Below the pieces are notes generated by a model. That model worked only from the letters and a program-made list of their open reading frames with translations. It was not told the DNA's origin and did no database searches. A stretch of DNA of 64,000 nucleotides from positions 46,872,001-46,936,000 of the forward strand of contig CM069140.1 in NCBI GenBank assembly GCA_035221665.1. Direction: 5' to 3'. Below are positions 37,725-50,749 of this stretch, in pieces (within the stretch, counting starts at the first letter, position 1; each line of letters begins with the position of its first letter). The position numbers and the translations under genes were made by a program. This DNA is from Okamejei kenojei. Taxonomy: Eukaryota.

Positions 37725-38158
37725 TAATATACAAATATACCAAGCTGTGAGAAAGTATAGTGGAAATTATCTATCTGAGGAGGGACTGGCATAGTACTAT
37801 TTTTTCCGAGGGGCTTTGCCCCTCGGAAAAAATAGTAACTGTTGACAGTCCCTCCGAAGATAGATAATTTCCACTATACTTTTGAACTAAAAGCTTGGTA
37901 TATTTGTTTTATATCCCTTCATAACATCTAATAAAAATAAAAAGTACAGAAAATAAATCAACGCAAATTTCGTGACCGAGTTTTGAGCACGCGCAGTTTT
38001 ACCAAGGAAGAAATTAGTAAAAAGAGCATGCGCAGTGCTGCCCAGGAGAAAATAGCAAAAAATAATCGGAGCTAGTGCAATTTATTTTTTATTCATCGAA
38101 TACCGATTGACCAATCACGTTTCTAGAATACTCATGAATATTCATAGAAGGGATATAA
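37725..38158. repeat. Unclassified ~430-bp foldback element: ~180-bp hairpin plus a second 12-bp inverted repeat
   Basis: Arms 37731-37814 and 37818-37907 around GGGC-TTT-GCCC. TTATATCCCTTC (37909-37920) pairs with GAAGGGATATAA (38147-38158). Confidence 0.85.
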
Positions 38159-38470
38159 TCCCAACTATCCTCCTTTGAGAAAGTATTCTTTGAAATCCAT
38201 TGGCTTCAGTTTAGCCATGACTTCTAGATGCCATGACCTTTCCCTTTAAACCTTTCCTATCCATGTACCTGTTCAAATGTATTTTAAATGCTGTTATAGT
38301 ACCTGCCACAAGTACTTCTCTGACAACTCGTTCCACATATTGGTATTGGTTTATTATTGTGATACCCTCATTTACCTTAGATTGTTGATTGCCTCCAAAA
38401 AATATTCAATCAAGATCATGAGATACGATTGATGACAGCACTGTCAATGATTCATTCTATTATTGTGCTG

Positions 38471-40261
38471 CTGGACCAGATTTAGATGAAGAGAGGCCCT
38501 AACCTATTTCACTTGTGAGCCCCCCCATCCCAATCCCCCACCCCCACGACTAGAGGACCATGACTACCCGACAGTGACAGTGTGACACTTTTAGATCCTA
38601 CTGTATGTTGTCATTAAACAGTTGGTTTTAAAATACATATTGGATTCACCGCGGAGCAGACGATGCTTTACCTGGATCGCCGTTTGAAGCTCTGGAGTGT
38701 TGGGCCTGCTGCTTCAACATCATGGAGCTGTGGTTTGCGGAGCTCCCAGCCTCGGGCCGCGCTGATTTCAACATTGCGGAGCCCTGGGATCCCTTTGCCG
38801 AGGGCCGCCAGCGTGAATCTCCATCCAGCTCTGTGGACTTCGGGAGCAGCGGTCTCCGGTAGGAAGTGGCCGATTCGGAAGTCCAAGCCGCTGAGAATGT
38901 TCTCCCGTTCCGACGTCGGATGGTGACCCCCCACATTTCATTGTACCAATGGCCATGAGGGGGGGTCCAAGAGGAAGGAGATGGGAAAAAGGATCATCAA
39001 TCGGGGCGAGGAGTCCCTCCCATGGATGAACGGTGTGAGGCGGAGGTGACGGAAGAAGAGCTCCAAATTGCGGCGGGCGCAGAACTCATTGAGGTGGGGA
39101 CGGAGGGGGACAAAGGTGCGGCCAGGGCCGGCCTTAAGCCGATTGGACCGATTGCTCCCAATTGGGCCCCGCGAGTAAGGGGGCCCCGCGCCAGAGTAAT
39201 CTACTCTCAGCTCGGGTAGATGTACCCCGGGTGGATGGGGGAGAGAGGGGTGGAGAGAGAGTAGAGGGGTGGAGGGGGAAGAAATGGGTAGATGGGGAGG
39301 GGGAATGGAGAAGGGGAGAGGGGGAGGTGGGTCGTTCCCTCACAGTCCCGGGGCAGCACTCCCGCCCATCCAGTCGCCGTGCTTCACGCACACAGCCCCG
39401 GCTCCACCCCTCTCTCTCCACGGGGAGACGAGGTGAACAATACAGGGAGGACCGGGCCGGGGGTTGGAGCAACATTTACAAACCTCGGCCTCAGCTCACA
39501 CCCATCCACCCGGACCCCGGCATCCGCTCCTGCCGCCGGCCCTCTCCCTCCCTTCTTCCCTCCCTCCCTTCTCTCCTTCCCTCCCTCCTTCCTCTCTCTT
39601 TTCCCTTCTCTCATTCACTCCATCCCTTCTTTCTCTCCTTCTCTCCTTTCTCTACTTCCCTCTCTCCCTTCCTCTCTTCTCTCCCTCCCTCCCTTCTCTC
39701 CCTCCCTCCCTTCTCTCCATCCCTCCCACACACACATCACGCACTGACAACTAACACACAGTTTGGATGGGGTAGAAACTCAAAGGTTAAGATGGGGCTG
39801 AAGCCCAAAATGTAATGCCTGGACTGGTTTTTCACCAATGGTTTTCCAGGATCTATTTAATTAAATTACTTAAATTACTTTGGGTGGGGAAGAGTTGGGG
39901 TCACATGGTTTGAGGGGAATGGGGAAGACCCAGTGGAATAGCCACTGAGATTACCAGGGTTGGCTGACTAGCACTAGGACCCAGCGCTGTCAAACCCGGG
40001 GGAGTGGGAGTCTGCAGCGTGGAAGCTTCAGGCCCGGTGCTGTCCAGGCTTGCAGGTAAGGCGATGGCGACGGCTGCGGGCTGCTGGAGGGTGGTGGAGT
40101 GGCCAGTGTCAGCGGGCAATGAGTAGGAGGTCCCGGTGGGCGGATGATCGGTGGGGCAGTGAGGTTGGACGGGTCCGGTGAGGCAGCGAGGTGAGTAGGC
40201 CCCCCTAGGTTTCGTGGCCCTAAGCTTAAGCTTGTCTAGCTGATACGTAAATCCGGCCCTG
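38471..40261 (-). mobile_element. Composite non-autonomous hAT-type element, copy 2 (~1.79 kb)
   Basis: Reverse complement of 2540-4198. TIR TAAATCCGGCCCTG; 8-bp TSD TTGTGCTG/CTGTGCTG. Confidence 0.9.
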
Positions 40262-40849
40262 CTGTGCTGCTGTTTGAGTGAAGACTGGGCATAGCTTTAA
40301 AACACGTTCAGCCTTGTATTCTTCGTTTAAACTGACCAAACTGTGTTGAAACATACCTGACTACGAAGGCAATGTGGACTTTCATAGAATACCATGTGAA
40401 ATGGTTCAGCTCACAAAATATATTCAAATGTTCATGACTTCATCTAAGACTGATAAAAAGGATTTATTCAGATTTTTATGCAAAAATCGAAATCTGATGA
40501 GCTGACAATACTTCAAAATCACAAATTAAAAACAGAAAATTAACAGCAGTGGATTACTGTGACTCAACAATCTAGGATAATCCAGATTTGTAACTGGAAA
40601 TTTTAAATTAGGTTCAGACCCTCTAAATGTGACATGTGAACATAATGTCGAGAATCACCCTAAGAATTATTTTGTCATTTTTTAATTTAAAAAAGTTACA
40701 AAATAGGAAACGTGTTAGAAAACCAGAAAAAAGTAGGAGAATAAAATCGATCCCTTTTGAAAAGAAATAAATGGCAAACTAGCAAAACTAATGAGGTTAA
40801 AACTCTTTTCCGGCAGGCATGTATCCACATTTATTTGAGAAACTTTAAG

Positions 40850-41900
40850 AGGCACATTTATGTAAAATTAGATGTTTTATACTCTTCCAGGGACTGCTGG
40901 ATGACTAGTGTTATTCCTACATTTAAAAGGTAGGCAGAACAGAAGTTGGGACCTATAGACAAATCATTTAACGTTAGTGTTTGAAAAATGGCAGCATCTA
41001 TACAAATTGATAGGAAAGCTTTTCAAGATATATAAATATTAAAATAAAAAAGCAAATTCCTGAATGTAATATGTAACCTATTTGATTTATTTAATAGTTG
41101 TAGTTCCCTCATTTGGTTTGGTTAGGCTATGACAAAAACTGGGAGGAAATTGATGAAAAACAATCACGTTATCCTAATCAGTGTAAAGAATTATTATTTT
41201 ATATTGGAGGAAGACAAAAAGGGATTTTTTCTTGCACTCAATCCTCGGACTACTCATTCATACTCTACAGCACAGATTTGAACACAGGACTAAATTACTC
41301 AATGGCATAATTTTCTAGATGATATAAAATAGTGAATACAGCAAATACCAACATATTAACATAAGTAGAAATGAGGTAATAACTTTTGGTGTAAGATGAG
41401 AAACCTCATCAGTGGATCAGAAAATAAACTTTGTCAGGTTTTGAGGAACACAAAGGAGCTAATCATTGGAAATTGGAAATCAAGGATTTGGGGAATGCAG
41501 TGGGGAAAATCTTTAGAAATAACTGCCCGCATTCATCAGTGAAATTCAGAGCTAATATAATTGGCATTTATTTCTGAGGACATTGAATTCTGAAGGAGCA
41601 AAGTCATGTTCAACTTGCACAGCATTCTATTTGTTCATGTATTGGTGTACAATGCTGTGTTTTACTCTTTATACTAAAAATACAATGTAAAATAAAGATT
41701 TTAACGTTTTGCTGGAATGGTACATTGGAGGTTATTCCAATTATAAACAAGTTATAATGTTTTCCTTTTCGAAAGAAGGCAAGAGAAGCCCACTGGAAGC
41801 CCATAGATGAATTCATTGAGCAGATAGAAAATTCAAGAGTAAGACTTAATTTGGTTGGACTGGGTCAGGACAAAGATTGGGACAAAACAATTGAATAAAT
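40850..41900 (+). mobile_element. Ancient, heavily eroded CR1 RT remnant
   Basis: Traces such as gactgctggatgactagtgttattcctacatttaaaagg (W..A.V.P.FKKG-like) and tatagacaaatcatttaac. Confidence 0.5.
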
Positions 41901-42369
41901 AATATATTATCTTATAAAGGGAAGCAATAAGGACAAAGGTTATTTACATTGGAATTATTATCTTAGATTTGTGGATTTTGGTTTTGGAATCATTCCCAAG
42001 AGAATTGGAGTTATTGTCAAGCCAGCATTTTCTGTTTTTATTTCAGATTTTCAGCATGCAATTTATTTGTTTTTTCTAAAATTAAAAATATTTGAAATAC
42101 TAGATAACAGTTGGATAACATGGAACTAGTAAACGGGTGATTGATGATCGACATGGACGGAGGGCCGAATAATCGGTTTCTACGCTGTATATCTAAACTA
42201 AACTAAACTAGTTGCAGAATTACATATTTTGTAAACATTAGCTGCATGAGGTAGGGCTGTTTAATAAATTTTACTGCTGTTTAATAATTAGATTTTGATT
42301 TGGTGCTCTGAAGGGGAACAGCAGCAAACACGAAAACATGTTATAATTAGCACATTTCCTTATTTATAG

Positions 42370-42506
42370 GGATAAACTATGGTGCAATGCACCAACAGCT
42401 CCATATAATTTTGTTGAAGTAATTCTACAAAACCGTGATGAAAGTAAAACATTTGTTAAATTTGTTAACATTGAACCCCTTAAGAATCGAGGATATGATT
42501 CTTCAG
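42370..42506 (+). CDS. Host gene coding exon 3 (DKLWCNAPTAPYNFVEVILQNRDESKTFVKFVNIEPLKNRGYDSS)
   Basis: Acceptor catttccttatttatag; donor CAG|GTAAGA; 137 nt, open from phase 2 to phase 1, compatible with both neighbouring exons. Confidence 0.85.
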
Positions 42507-43444
42507 GTAAGATGATCTCACTTTATTTTCAACCTAGAATGTGGTATATCATCAAACTGTATGTGCATAAACTATTTTTAAGTAACAATGTTATATTTAG
42601 ATTAAATGTGTGTCTTGAACTTCCTTTTTGTAGAATTGGGTTACCTGTGCATGAGCAATTTAAGATAATGACAAATAAGTTCCACTACATTCAAATGGAT
42701 ATATTGGATGGATGTGTGTTGCAGAGAAATGCAAGTAGCTGTTTTGGTCATGGGGCCCCATATTGTAAATTTCTGTAACGCCTGTGGAATAAAGCCTGGG
42801 TATGAGTCAGCAAAGACATTAAGTGTTGGGGAGGGTTGTCCATGGGAAGCACTGAGAACCTGGAAGGGAGGCTGTACTGACAATTGAGATGTGAAAGAGG
42901 TTTGGAGAATTTCTTTCTGGCTTCATATTGACAGATTGGGAAGGGAAGGCATCTTCCTTGAGGATTGAAGCTGGGAGGGTAGATCTCCAACAAAGATCAA
43001 GGTTTACAGTCAAGAAAAGTGAATAAACATGTGGCTGAAAGGATGGAGATTGGTGTGCCCTCTAGAAGGAGTAAAGTTAGCACCTGTCATATCCTTGCTG
43101 AGTGTGTATTCAACTTATTAATTAAGTTACTAAACCTGGAAAAAAAGCTTGAGATGCAGGAAATCAAAAATAAAAACTTAAAATATTGAATATTGGAAAG
43201 GTTCAGTAAGTGAGGTTCAAGTTACTAAATGGTCCATGTTAGAAGGAACCATTACATTTAATTTGAACAGAGCAAAACCATCTTTCCAAAGTGCAAAGCC
43301 TTGTCAAAGGGCATTCCACTCTCACAACTTTTCAAAAATAAAGATAACAGTTACTTGTATCCATAGTGCATTTATAAAGTAGTAAAATGTTGCATGATAT
43401 TTCTCAGGAGTGAATGGAAACTAAATATGCATCTTCACATACAG

Positions 43445-44234
43445 CAGGCATGAGATTTCTACGGCTAGCGCTCAGCTCCACACATGTAGAGTAGCGGTTT
43501 TCCTCTGTCCCCTAGGCATACTGTACTTGGCAAACCCATGAATGATAATGGGAATACATTGTGTCCATCTAGTACATGACTTGTTACAGTGTTAAAATGT
43601 AAGAATTGTTTAATTTGAAAAACAAATGCATTCAAGAGTGTATGTCATAGACACTACAATGTTCTTTTTTTTTACCTGATTCAACCAGGTAAAATTATAC
43701 CTTACAATGTGTTATTGTAAGGTATAATTTAAAAAATATATAGTATAAATTAAGGGTAAACATGCAAGGAAATTGTGTCATTTCAAGGTATAACTATCAA
43801 AGAATTATCAAAAATGCCCTGTGTAAAGGATATTTCTCTCTAATTAGAGTAAACAAACAAGGAACAGGTATCATGTTACAAGTAGGTGTAGGTGTAATAT
43901 CAAATATTTTCAATATGACAAGTGTAAACATGCAAGTTGGTGTCATTTAACGGTATGATTATCACAAACTTTCTGTGTAAATTAAGAAGTAACAAGCAAG
44001 TAAAATGTGTTATGTTAAGGTACAATTTTAAAAAATGACAGTATAAATTAAGGGTAAACAGGCAAAAAAACGTTGTCATTTCAAGGTACAATTATCAAAA
44101 AATCTCTGCATAAAGGGGGAGCTGCCCCCTTTTACCCCACCAGTGGTGTTGCCCCTTGGAACCCTACCAGAGGTGTTGCCCCTTGGACCCCATCTTTCTT
44201 CCCCTTTTTTCAGTTTTTTCCTGACTCATGCCTG
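43445..44234. mobile_element. MITE (hAT-like termini), 790 bp
   Basis: TIR CAGGCATGAG...CTCATGCCTG; ATACAG directly repeated on both flanks; internal duplication (~43742-43815 and ~44040-44100) and subterminal gttgccccttgga repeats. Confidence 0.75.
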
Positions 44235-44330
44235 ATACAGGGATTGTGATGTTACATGTAAATAAAGTGTATGTTAGCCCCTCCTAGTGGTTGCTTAAAA
44301 GATAGCAGCCACCTAAATTCACTCTTGTTC

Positions 44331-45576
44331 ACTGACTCCCACAGCTACCTGGACTACTCTTCCTCCCACCTTGCTTCCTGTAAGGACTCCATCCCCTATT
44401 CCCAATTCCTCCGTCTACGCCGCATCTGCTCCCAGGATGAGGTGTTCCACACCAGGTCATCACAAATGGCCTCATTCTTCAGAGAACGGGGATTCCCCTC
44501 CCCCACTATTGATGAGGCTCGCACCAGGGTCTCCTCCATACCCCGCAACACTGCCCTCGCTCCCCATTCCCCCACTCGCAAACAGGGCAGAGTCCCCCTG
44601 GTCCTCACCTTTCACCCCACCAGCCGGCAAATACAACATATAGTCCTCCGCCAGTTTCGCCACCTCCAACGTGACCCCTCCACCCGCCACATTTTCCCAT
44701 CTCCCCCCCAGTCTGCCTTCCGCAAAGACCGCTCCCTCCGCAACTCCCTTGTCAATTCTTCCCTCCCCTCCCACTCTACCCCTTCCCCGGGCACTTTCCC
44801 TTGCAACCGCAAGAAATGCAACACTTGTCCCTTCACCTCCCCCCTCCACTCCTTTCAGGGACCCAAGCAGTCCTTCCAGGTCCGACAGAGGTTCACCTGC
44901 ACCTCCTCCAACCTCATCTACTGCATCCGCTGCTCCAGATGCCAGATGATCTATATCGGTGAGACCAAGCGGAGGCTTGGCGATCGCTTCGCCGAACACC
45001 TCCGCTCGGTCCGCAATAACCAACCCGACCTCCCGGTGGCTCAGCAATTCAACTCCCCCTCCCATTCCACATCCGACCTCTCGGTCCTGGGCCTCCTCCA
45101 CGGCCAGAGTGAGCAACACCGCAAGCTGGAGGAACAGCACCTCATATTCCGCTTGGGGAGTCTGCATCCTTTGGGCTTGAACATTGAATTTTCTCAATTC
45201 TGTTAACCCTTGCTGTCTCCTCCCCTTCCCACCTCTCCCTCAGCCCTCGGGCCCTGGCATTCCCTCTATCTCTATCTCCCTCCCCCACCCCCACCCCAGT
45301 CGCACCAGCTTCTCATTTTCACACCACAAACAGCTTACAATGGCTTGTTCCCTTTATCACCGATACCTTTTTGCATATCTTTCACTCATTGTTCCTTATC
45401 TCTCCACATCACCGTCTATATCTCCCGTTTCCCTGATCCCTGACCAGTCTGAAGAAGGGTCTCGACCCGAAACGTCGCCTATCTCCTTCGCTCCTTAGAT
45501 GCTGCTGCACCCGCTGAGTTTCTCCAGCTTTTTGTGTACCCTCGATTCTCCAGCATCTGCAGTTCCTTCTTTAAAA
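44331..45576 (+). mobile_element. Young 5'-truncated Penelope element in the BEL 5' LTR, with an intact GIY-YIG reading frame
   Basis: ORF open to 45206 with NLIYCIRC...IYIGET...RFAEH; TSD CTTGTTC (44324-44330 and 45577-45583); absent from the 3' LTR. Confidence 0.95.
45447..45478 (+). ncRNA. Minimal hammerhead ribozyme motif in the Penelope 3' repeat
   Basis: GT-CTGAAGA-A-GGGT-CTCG-ACCC-GAAAC-GTC-GC; the core is intact. Confidence 0.7.
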
Positions 45577-47499
45577 CTTGTTCTCCATTCGTTGCTTGTG
45601 ATCACATGATTGGACTCATGGATGGGACAGGCCATTTTTTATTGGGATTGTGGACAGCAATGTGCTCTGAAGCCCTCTCAGTTAAATCTATTGCCATCTG
45701 CCCGAGTGGAGCCTTGGAGAAGCTTCGTTTTTCATAAAAAAGAGTTATGGAAGCATTGTAAAAAGCAAGTTGATGAAGACAAGCAAATAAATGAAATTCA
45801 ACTTTATTTCCATGTCTAAGTTATCACTTAACCCTTTCAGTGCCAAGTACACCTGTTTACCTATCTGTCACTTTGTGTACAGCCACACATGCAAGGGGAC
45901 AGAATAGTGAGAAACGGCATCACGGCGGGTTCAACACAGCAATTCCTGTTAACAGAGACAGCTGCTCTTCTTTAACTGCCCTGTTCATCTTCACTGCACC
46001 CTCCACACCAAATAAGAGGTCTACAGCATACACAAGATGGACGACAAGGCAAACACAGAAGATCAATAGAAAGCTGAATCTGAAAATTCATCTGTAAAGT
46101 CATACATGACCAGATCTGTTGCTAGTTCATCTAGCAGCTCTGGCAAATCTGCAGCAAGCTTAGCAGCAGCTAAAGTACTTGCCAGAGCTGAGGCAGTACG
46201 CGCTCGCTCCACCTTTGTTAAAAAAGCTCATGGTTGAGAAAGGCACGCATGGAAGCTGCACTAACTGCACTGAAGCAAGAGAAAGAGGTTGCAGCTGCCT
46301 TAGCCGAGGCAGAGGTTCTGGAATCTGCTGCCGCAGGATTGGAATCTAAAGCAAACTCTGTGGCAATGAGAATTGCAGCGATCCCCCATGACTCAACTAA
46401 GAAAAGAACAACCGACTATGTTGAATGTCATTCTATAAGGAGTCAGCTATCAATGCCCAGTCTTGAGTCTCTCACCAAACCCAGTCAGCCACATGATGTC
46501 CTTCACGTTTTGCCACATCAAGAGAGAAAGCAACATCCCATTAGCACAGCTGCAGATGCACCAGACATCACTCCAGCTCACGTCAAGCAACATGCTAACT
46601 ACCCCAGAGTACACAGCATGAATCTGCCAGCTGTCCAACATTATCATTGGACCCATCCACACAGCTTCTGACCCATGAAGGGACCCCATACACCCTTTCT
46701 TGGGATGCAAGCTACGTCATCTGCTCCTAATCACACACCTATGGATGATTTGGCCATATACATGGCTCGTCGCGAGCTTGTTACCTTTGGGATGAACAAA
46801 TTCGACGACCGTCCGGAAAATTATTGGAGTTGGAAATCCACCTTCATGAATGTCATAGAGGGACTGAGACTCACCTGTAATGAAGAGCTTAACATTTTAA
46901 CCAAATGGTTAGGCCCTCAATCATCGGAGCAGGTTAAGAGAATCAGAGCTGTTCATGTCTGTGATTCTGCCTCTGGGCTTATGACGGCATGGGCGCATCT
47001 TGAGGAGTGCTATGGGGCACCAGAAACAATTGAGGGCTCTTTTGGACAAACTTTAATCTCCAAAAATTAAGGGAGCTGGGCGATTTGCTACGAGAGTTGG
47101 AGTCACCAAAATCAGACGGTTATTTATCTGGGCTCGTCTACTTGGATACATCTTGGGGTGTTAATCCAATTGTAGAGAAACTGCCATATGGGCTACAATA
47201 AAAGTGGATAACACAAGGCAGTTCGTACAAGCTACAACATCAAGTCCAGTTTCCACCATTCTCCTTCTTCACCAACTGCAGAGAGGCCCAGACTCATAAT
47301 GATCCGAGTTTCGCACTCAGCTCCACTGGCATGACAGCAGGAAAACCAGACATTCCTGTGAAGAAGTACACTTACGCTAGAGGCCAAGTCTCATCCCACA
47401 AAACAGAGATCATGCCAGCACCTGCCACTAAGACTGCCTTTAACAAGTTGGATGTCGACGGAGGAACGCAAAACATTTCTTAGAGACAGGGATTTGTTT

Positions 47500-47785
47500 C
47501 ACTTTGACATGATAATTAAGGGACAGAGGTTTAGGGGTAACGTGAGGGGGAACGTCTTTACTCAGAGGGTGGTGGCTGTGTGGAATGAGCTTCCAGCAGA
47601 AGTGGTGGAGGCAGGATCGATTTTAACATTTAAAAGTAAAGTGGATAGGTATATGGACGTGGAGGGAATGGAGGGGTATGGTCTGAGTACAGGTACATGG
47701 GACTAGGGGAAAACAAATGGTCGGCACGGACTGGAAGGGCCGAGAGGGCCTGTTTCCGTGCTGTAATTGTTATATGGTTATATGG
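47500..47785 (+). mobile_element. CR1 3' fragment inserted in the BEL gag zinc knuckle
   Basis: FTQRVVAVWNELP; tail (TTATATGG)n; GTTTCA on both sides; splits DL-CFKCCSSTNH. Confidence 0.85.
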
Positions 47786-47991
47786 TTTCAAATGCTGCTC
47801 CTCAACCAATCACATGGCTAAAGATTGCAAAATGACTATTCAGTGCAAAGAGTATGACAGCAATAAACAAGTCACAGCTCTTCATCTGGGACCAGCTCCA
47901 TGGACCATCAAAGACCACGACTTTGTGGATAGCGGGGAGAAAAGGGAAGAGGTTTCTCCTGACATAATTTCCAAATGCACTGAAGTGTGCG

Positions 47992-50196
47992 GTGAAGCCA
48001 ATCACTCCCGCTCTTGCTCAAAAAATCTGCCTCATAAAGGTGCATCCTAAAGGACAACCAGACAGGTCAATGAGAGCCAATGCTGTACTTGACGACCAAA
48101 GTAATAGGTCTCTCGCTCGGTCAGAGTTCTTTGACCACTTTAACATCGGGGGTGCAAATTCTCCTTACACTCTGCGCACATGTGCTGGAGTAACACAGAT
48201 GTCTGGGAGAAGAGGAACCAGCTTTGTTGCTCAGTCTGTAGATGGGAGTCTCAGTGTGCATCTCCCCACACTCATCAACTGCAACCATATGCCAGATGAT
48301 AGATCAGAAATCCCTATTCCTGAGGCTGCCAAACACCACTCCCACCTCGAGACTATTGCTCACCTCATCCCTGAACTCGACCCTGGTGCACAAATTCTGC
48401 TCCTTCTTGGCCGAGATGTCTTGCAGGTCCACAAAGTAAGAGACCAACATAATGGGCCAAACAATGCTCCCTATGCCCAAAGACTCGACCTTGGCTGGGT
48501 CGTAGTTGGAGACGTTTGTTTGGGTGCTGCTCACAAACCAAAGGTAGTCACCACATATCGTACTAACGTTCTGGAGAATGGCCGTCACTCTCACTTCAGC
48601 CCATGTCCCAACCATCTTGTTCTGAAAGAGAAGCTCACCGTAAGGACAGGAACAAACCGTCTCAGCTCCCAAAACCTACAACACTTTCATTTCTCTGGCA
48701 GCACAGTTCAGAAATCTGACGATTGTTCGCTAGAAAGTGAGATCTTTGTAAGAAAAGAGGATGACAACAAGGTTGCCCCATCTATTGATGGCAAACGGTT
48801 TATTCAGTTGATGGACAAGGAAATGTTCATGAATAATGCCAACAGTTGGGTGGCTCCTCTTCCCTTTTGTACACCAAGGCCACGGCTGCCCAACAACAGA
48901 GAAAAAACTCTGACCCGCTTCACCAGCCTCTGTCGTACTCTCGAACGAAAACCTGAAATGAAGAACCATTTTCTGGCTTTCATGCAGAAAATCTTTGACC
49001 AAGATCATGCTGAAGTGGCTCCACCATTACATGACGGAGAAGAATGCTGGTATCTTCCCAGTTTTGGTGTGTACCACCTACGTAAGTCTGGTCAAATCCG
49101 CATCGTGTTTGACTCCAGTGCTCCACATCTTGGCGTCTCATTGAATGATGTGCTCTTGACAGGACCAGACTTAAACAACAGCTTGCTGGGAGTACTGATC
49201 AGATTCAGGTGTGAGCAAGTAGCTGTCACAGCGGATATTGAACAAATGTTCCACAGCTTTGTCGTCAGTGAGAACCACGGGAACTTTCTCCGATTCCTAT
49301 GGTTCAAAGACAACGACATCACCAAAGAAGTTGAGGAATATAGGATGAAAGTCCATGTATTCGGCAATCGTCCCTCTCCGGCAGTTGCTACCTATGGACT
49401 ACGACGAGCCGCTCTACATGGAGAGGCCGAGTTTGGTGCAAATGCAAAGCAATTCATACACAGGGACTTCTATGTTGATGATGGACTAAAGTCACTGCCA
49501 TCTGCAACTGAAGCCATCAATTTATTGAAAGCAGCCCAAGGTATGCTCGCCATCTCTAACTTGAGGCTTCATAAGATAGCATCCAACTGCACAGTGGTCA
49601 TGCAGACATTTCCGTCAACAGACCATGCAAAGGACTTGAAGGACCTTGACTTAGACATTGACTCCCTTCCTGTACAACGTAGCCTAGGGCTAAGCTGGAA
49701 CCTTGTAAATGACACCTTCACATTCCATGTTGCTAACAGTGAGAAGCCATTCACTCGAAGAGGAGTGCTTGCAACCATTAATAGCCTATTCAATCCACTT
49801 GGTCTTGTGGCTCCTATTACCATCCAAGGTAAACTCTTACTACGTCAGCTCACAAGCGACGCCAGCAACTGGGATGCTCCCCTACCATCTGAAAAGGAAG
49901 CAGAATGGATTGCCTGGAGAGATTCATTGCAAGATCTCGAACAGTTTCAAACCCCTCGAGCATACACCACATCTTCCCTTGCCGGCGCTCAACTTACAGA
50001 GATCCACATCTTTTCAGACGCTTCCATAAAGGCCATTGCAGCTGTGGCATACCTTAAGGTTGTGGATGTTGAGGGAAAATGCCACATTGGTTTCATAATG
50101 GGTAAAGCCAAGCTAGCGCCCATGTCAGTTCACACCGTTCCCAGGCTTGAGTTGGGTGTTGCCGTTTTGGCAGTGGAGATTGCTGGTTGTGAATGA
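47992..50196 (+). pseudogene. BEL/Pao pol fragment (PR, RT, RNase H), 734-aa open stretch
   Basis: ORF track motifs LLLLGRD, RIVFDSSA, ADIEQMF, FYVDD, IFSDAS, TVPRLEL. Confidence 0.92.
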
Positions 50197-50749
50197 ACTG
50201 GACATCAACCCCAACAGTCTGACAGTAAGGTGGTGTTGGGGTAAATCTATAATGAAATCAAGAGGTTTTATGTATACGTCAGCAACAGAGTGGAACGGAT
50301 AAGAAAATCCACACGACCTGAACAGTGGCATTATGTTCACATAGGTCAGAACCCTGCAGATGTTGCTACCAGGTCAGTGTCTTCAGCCCAACTCTCCAAC
50401 ACCAACTGGCTCACCGGCCCAGATTTCCTGTTAAATCTTGTGGAGACAGACAAGGCAAAGGAGACATCCTATGACCTCATCGATCCAGAATCTGATCTGG
50501 AGGTCCGATGCCACGCTAACAGCCACAGACTCCCACCAAGGTATTGGTTCACATCACTTTGAAAGGTTTTCCAAGTGGCAACCCCTTGTCAGAGCTATGG
50601 CTTCCCTCATCCACATAATTCACACCTTTAAGTCTAAGAAGGATAGCAGCACACAAGGTTGCAATGGTTGGCATTACTGTTCAAAAGCGCACACAGTTGA
50701 AATACTGTCACAAGCAAAGGCTGTCATTATCAGATGTGTACAAAGGGAA

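Noticed and set aside
44271-45206. 311-aa GIY-YIG ORF as a domesticated gene
   Set aside because: The start codon comes from the BEL LTR by chance fusion; the rest is a young truncated Penelope with a TSD.
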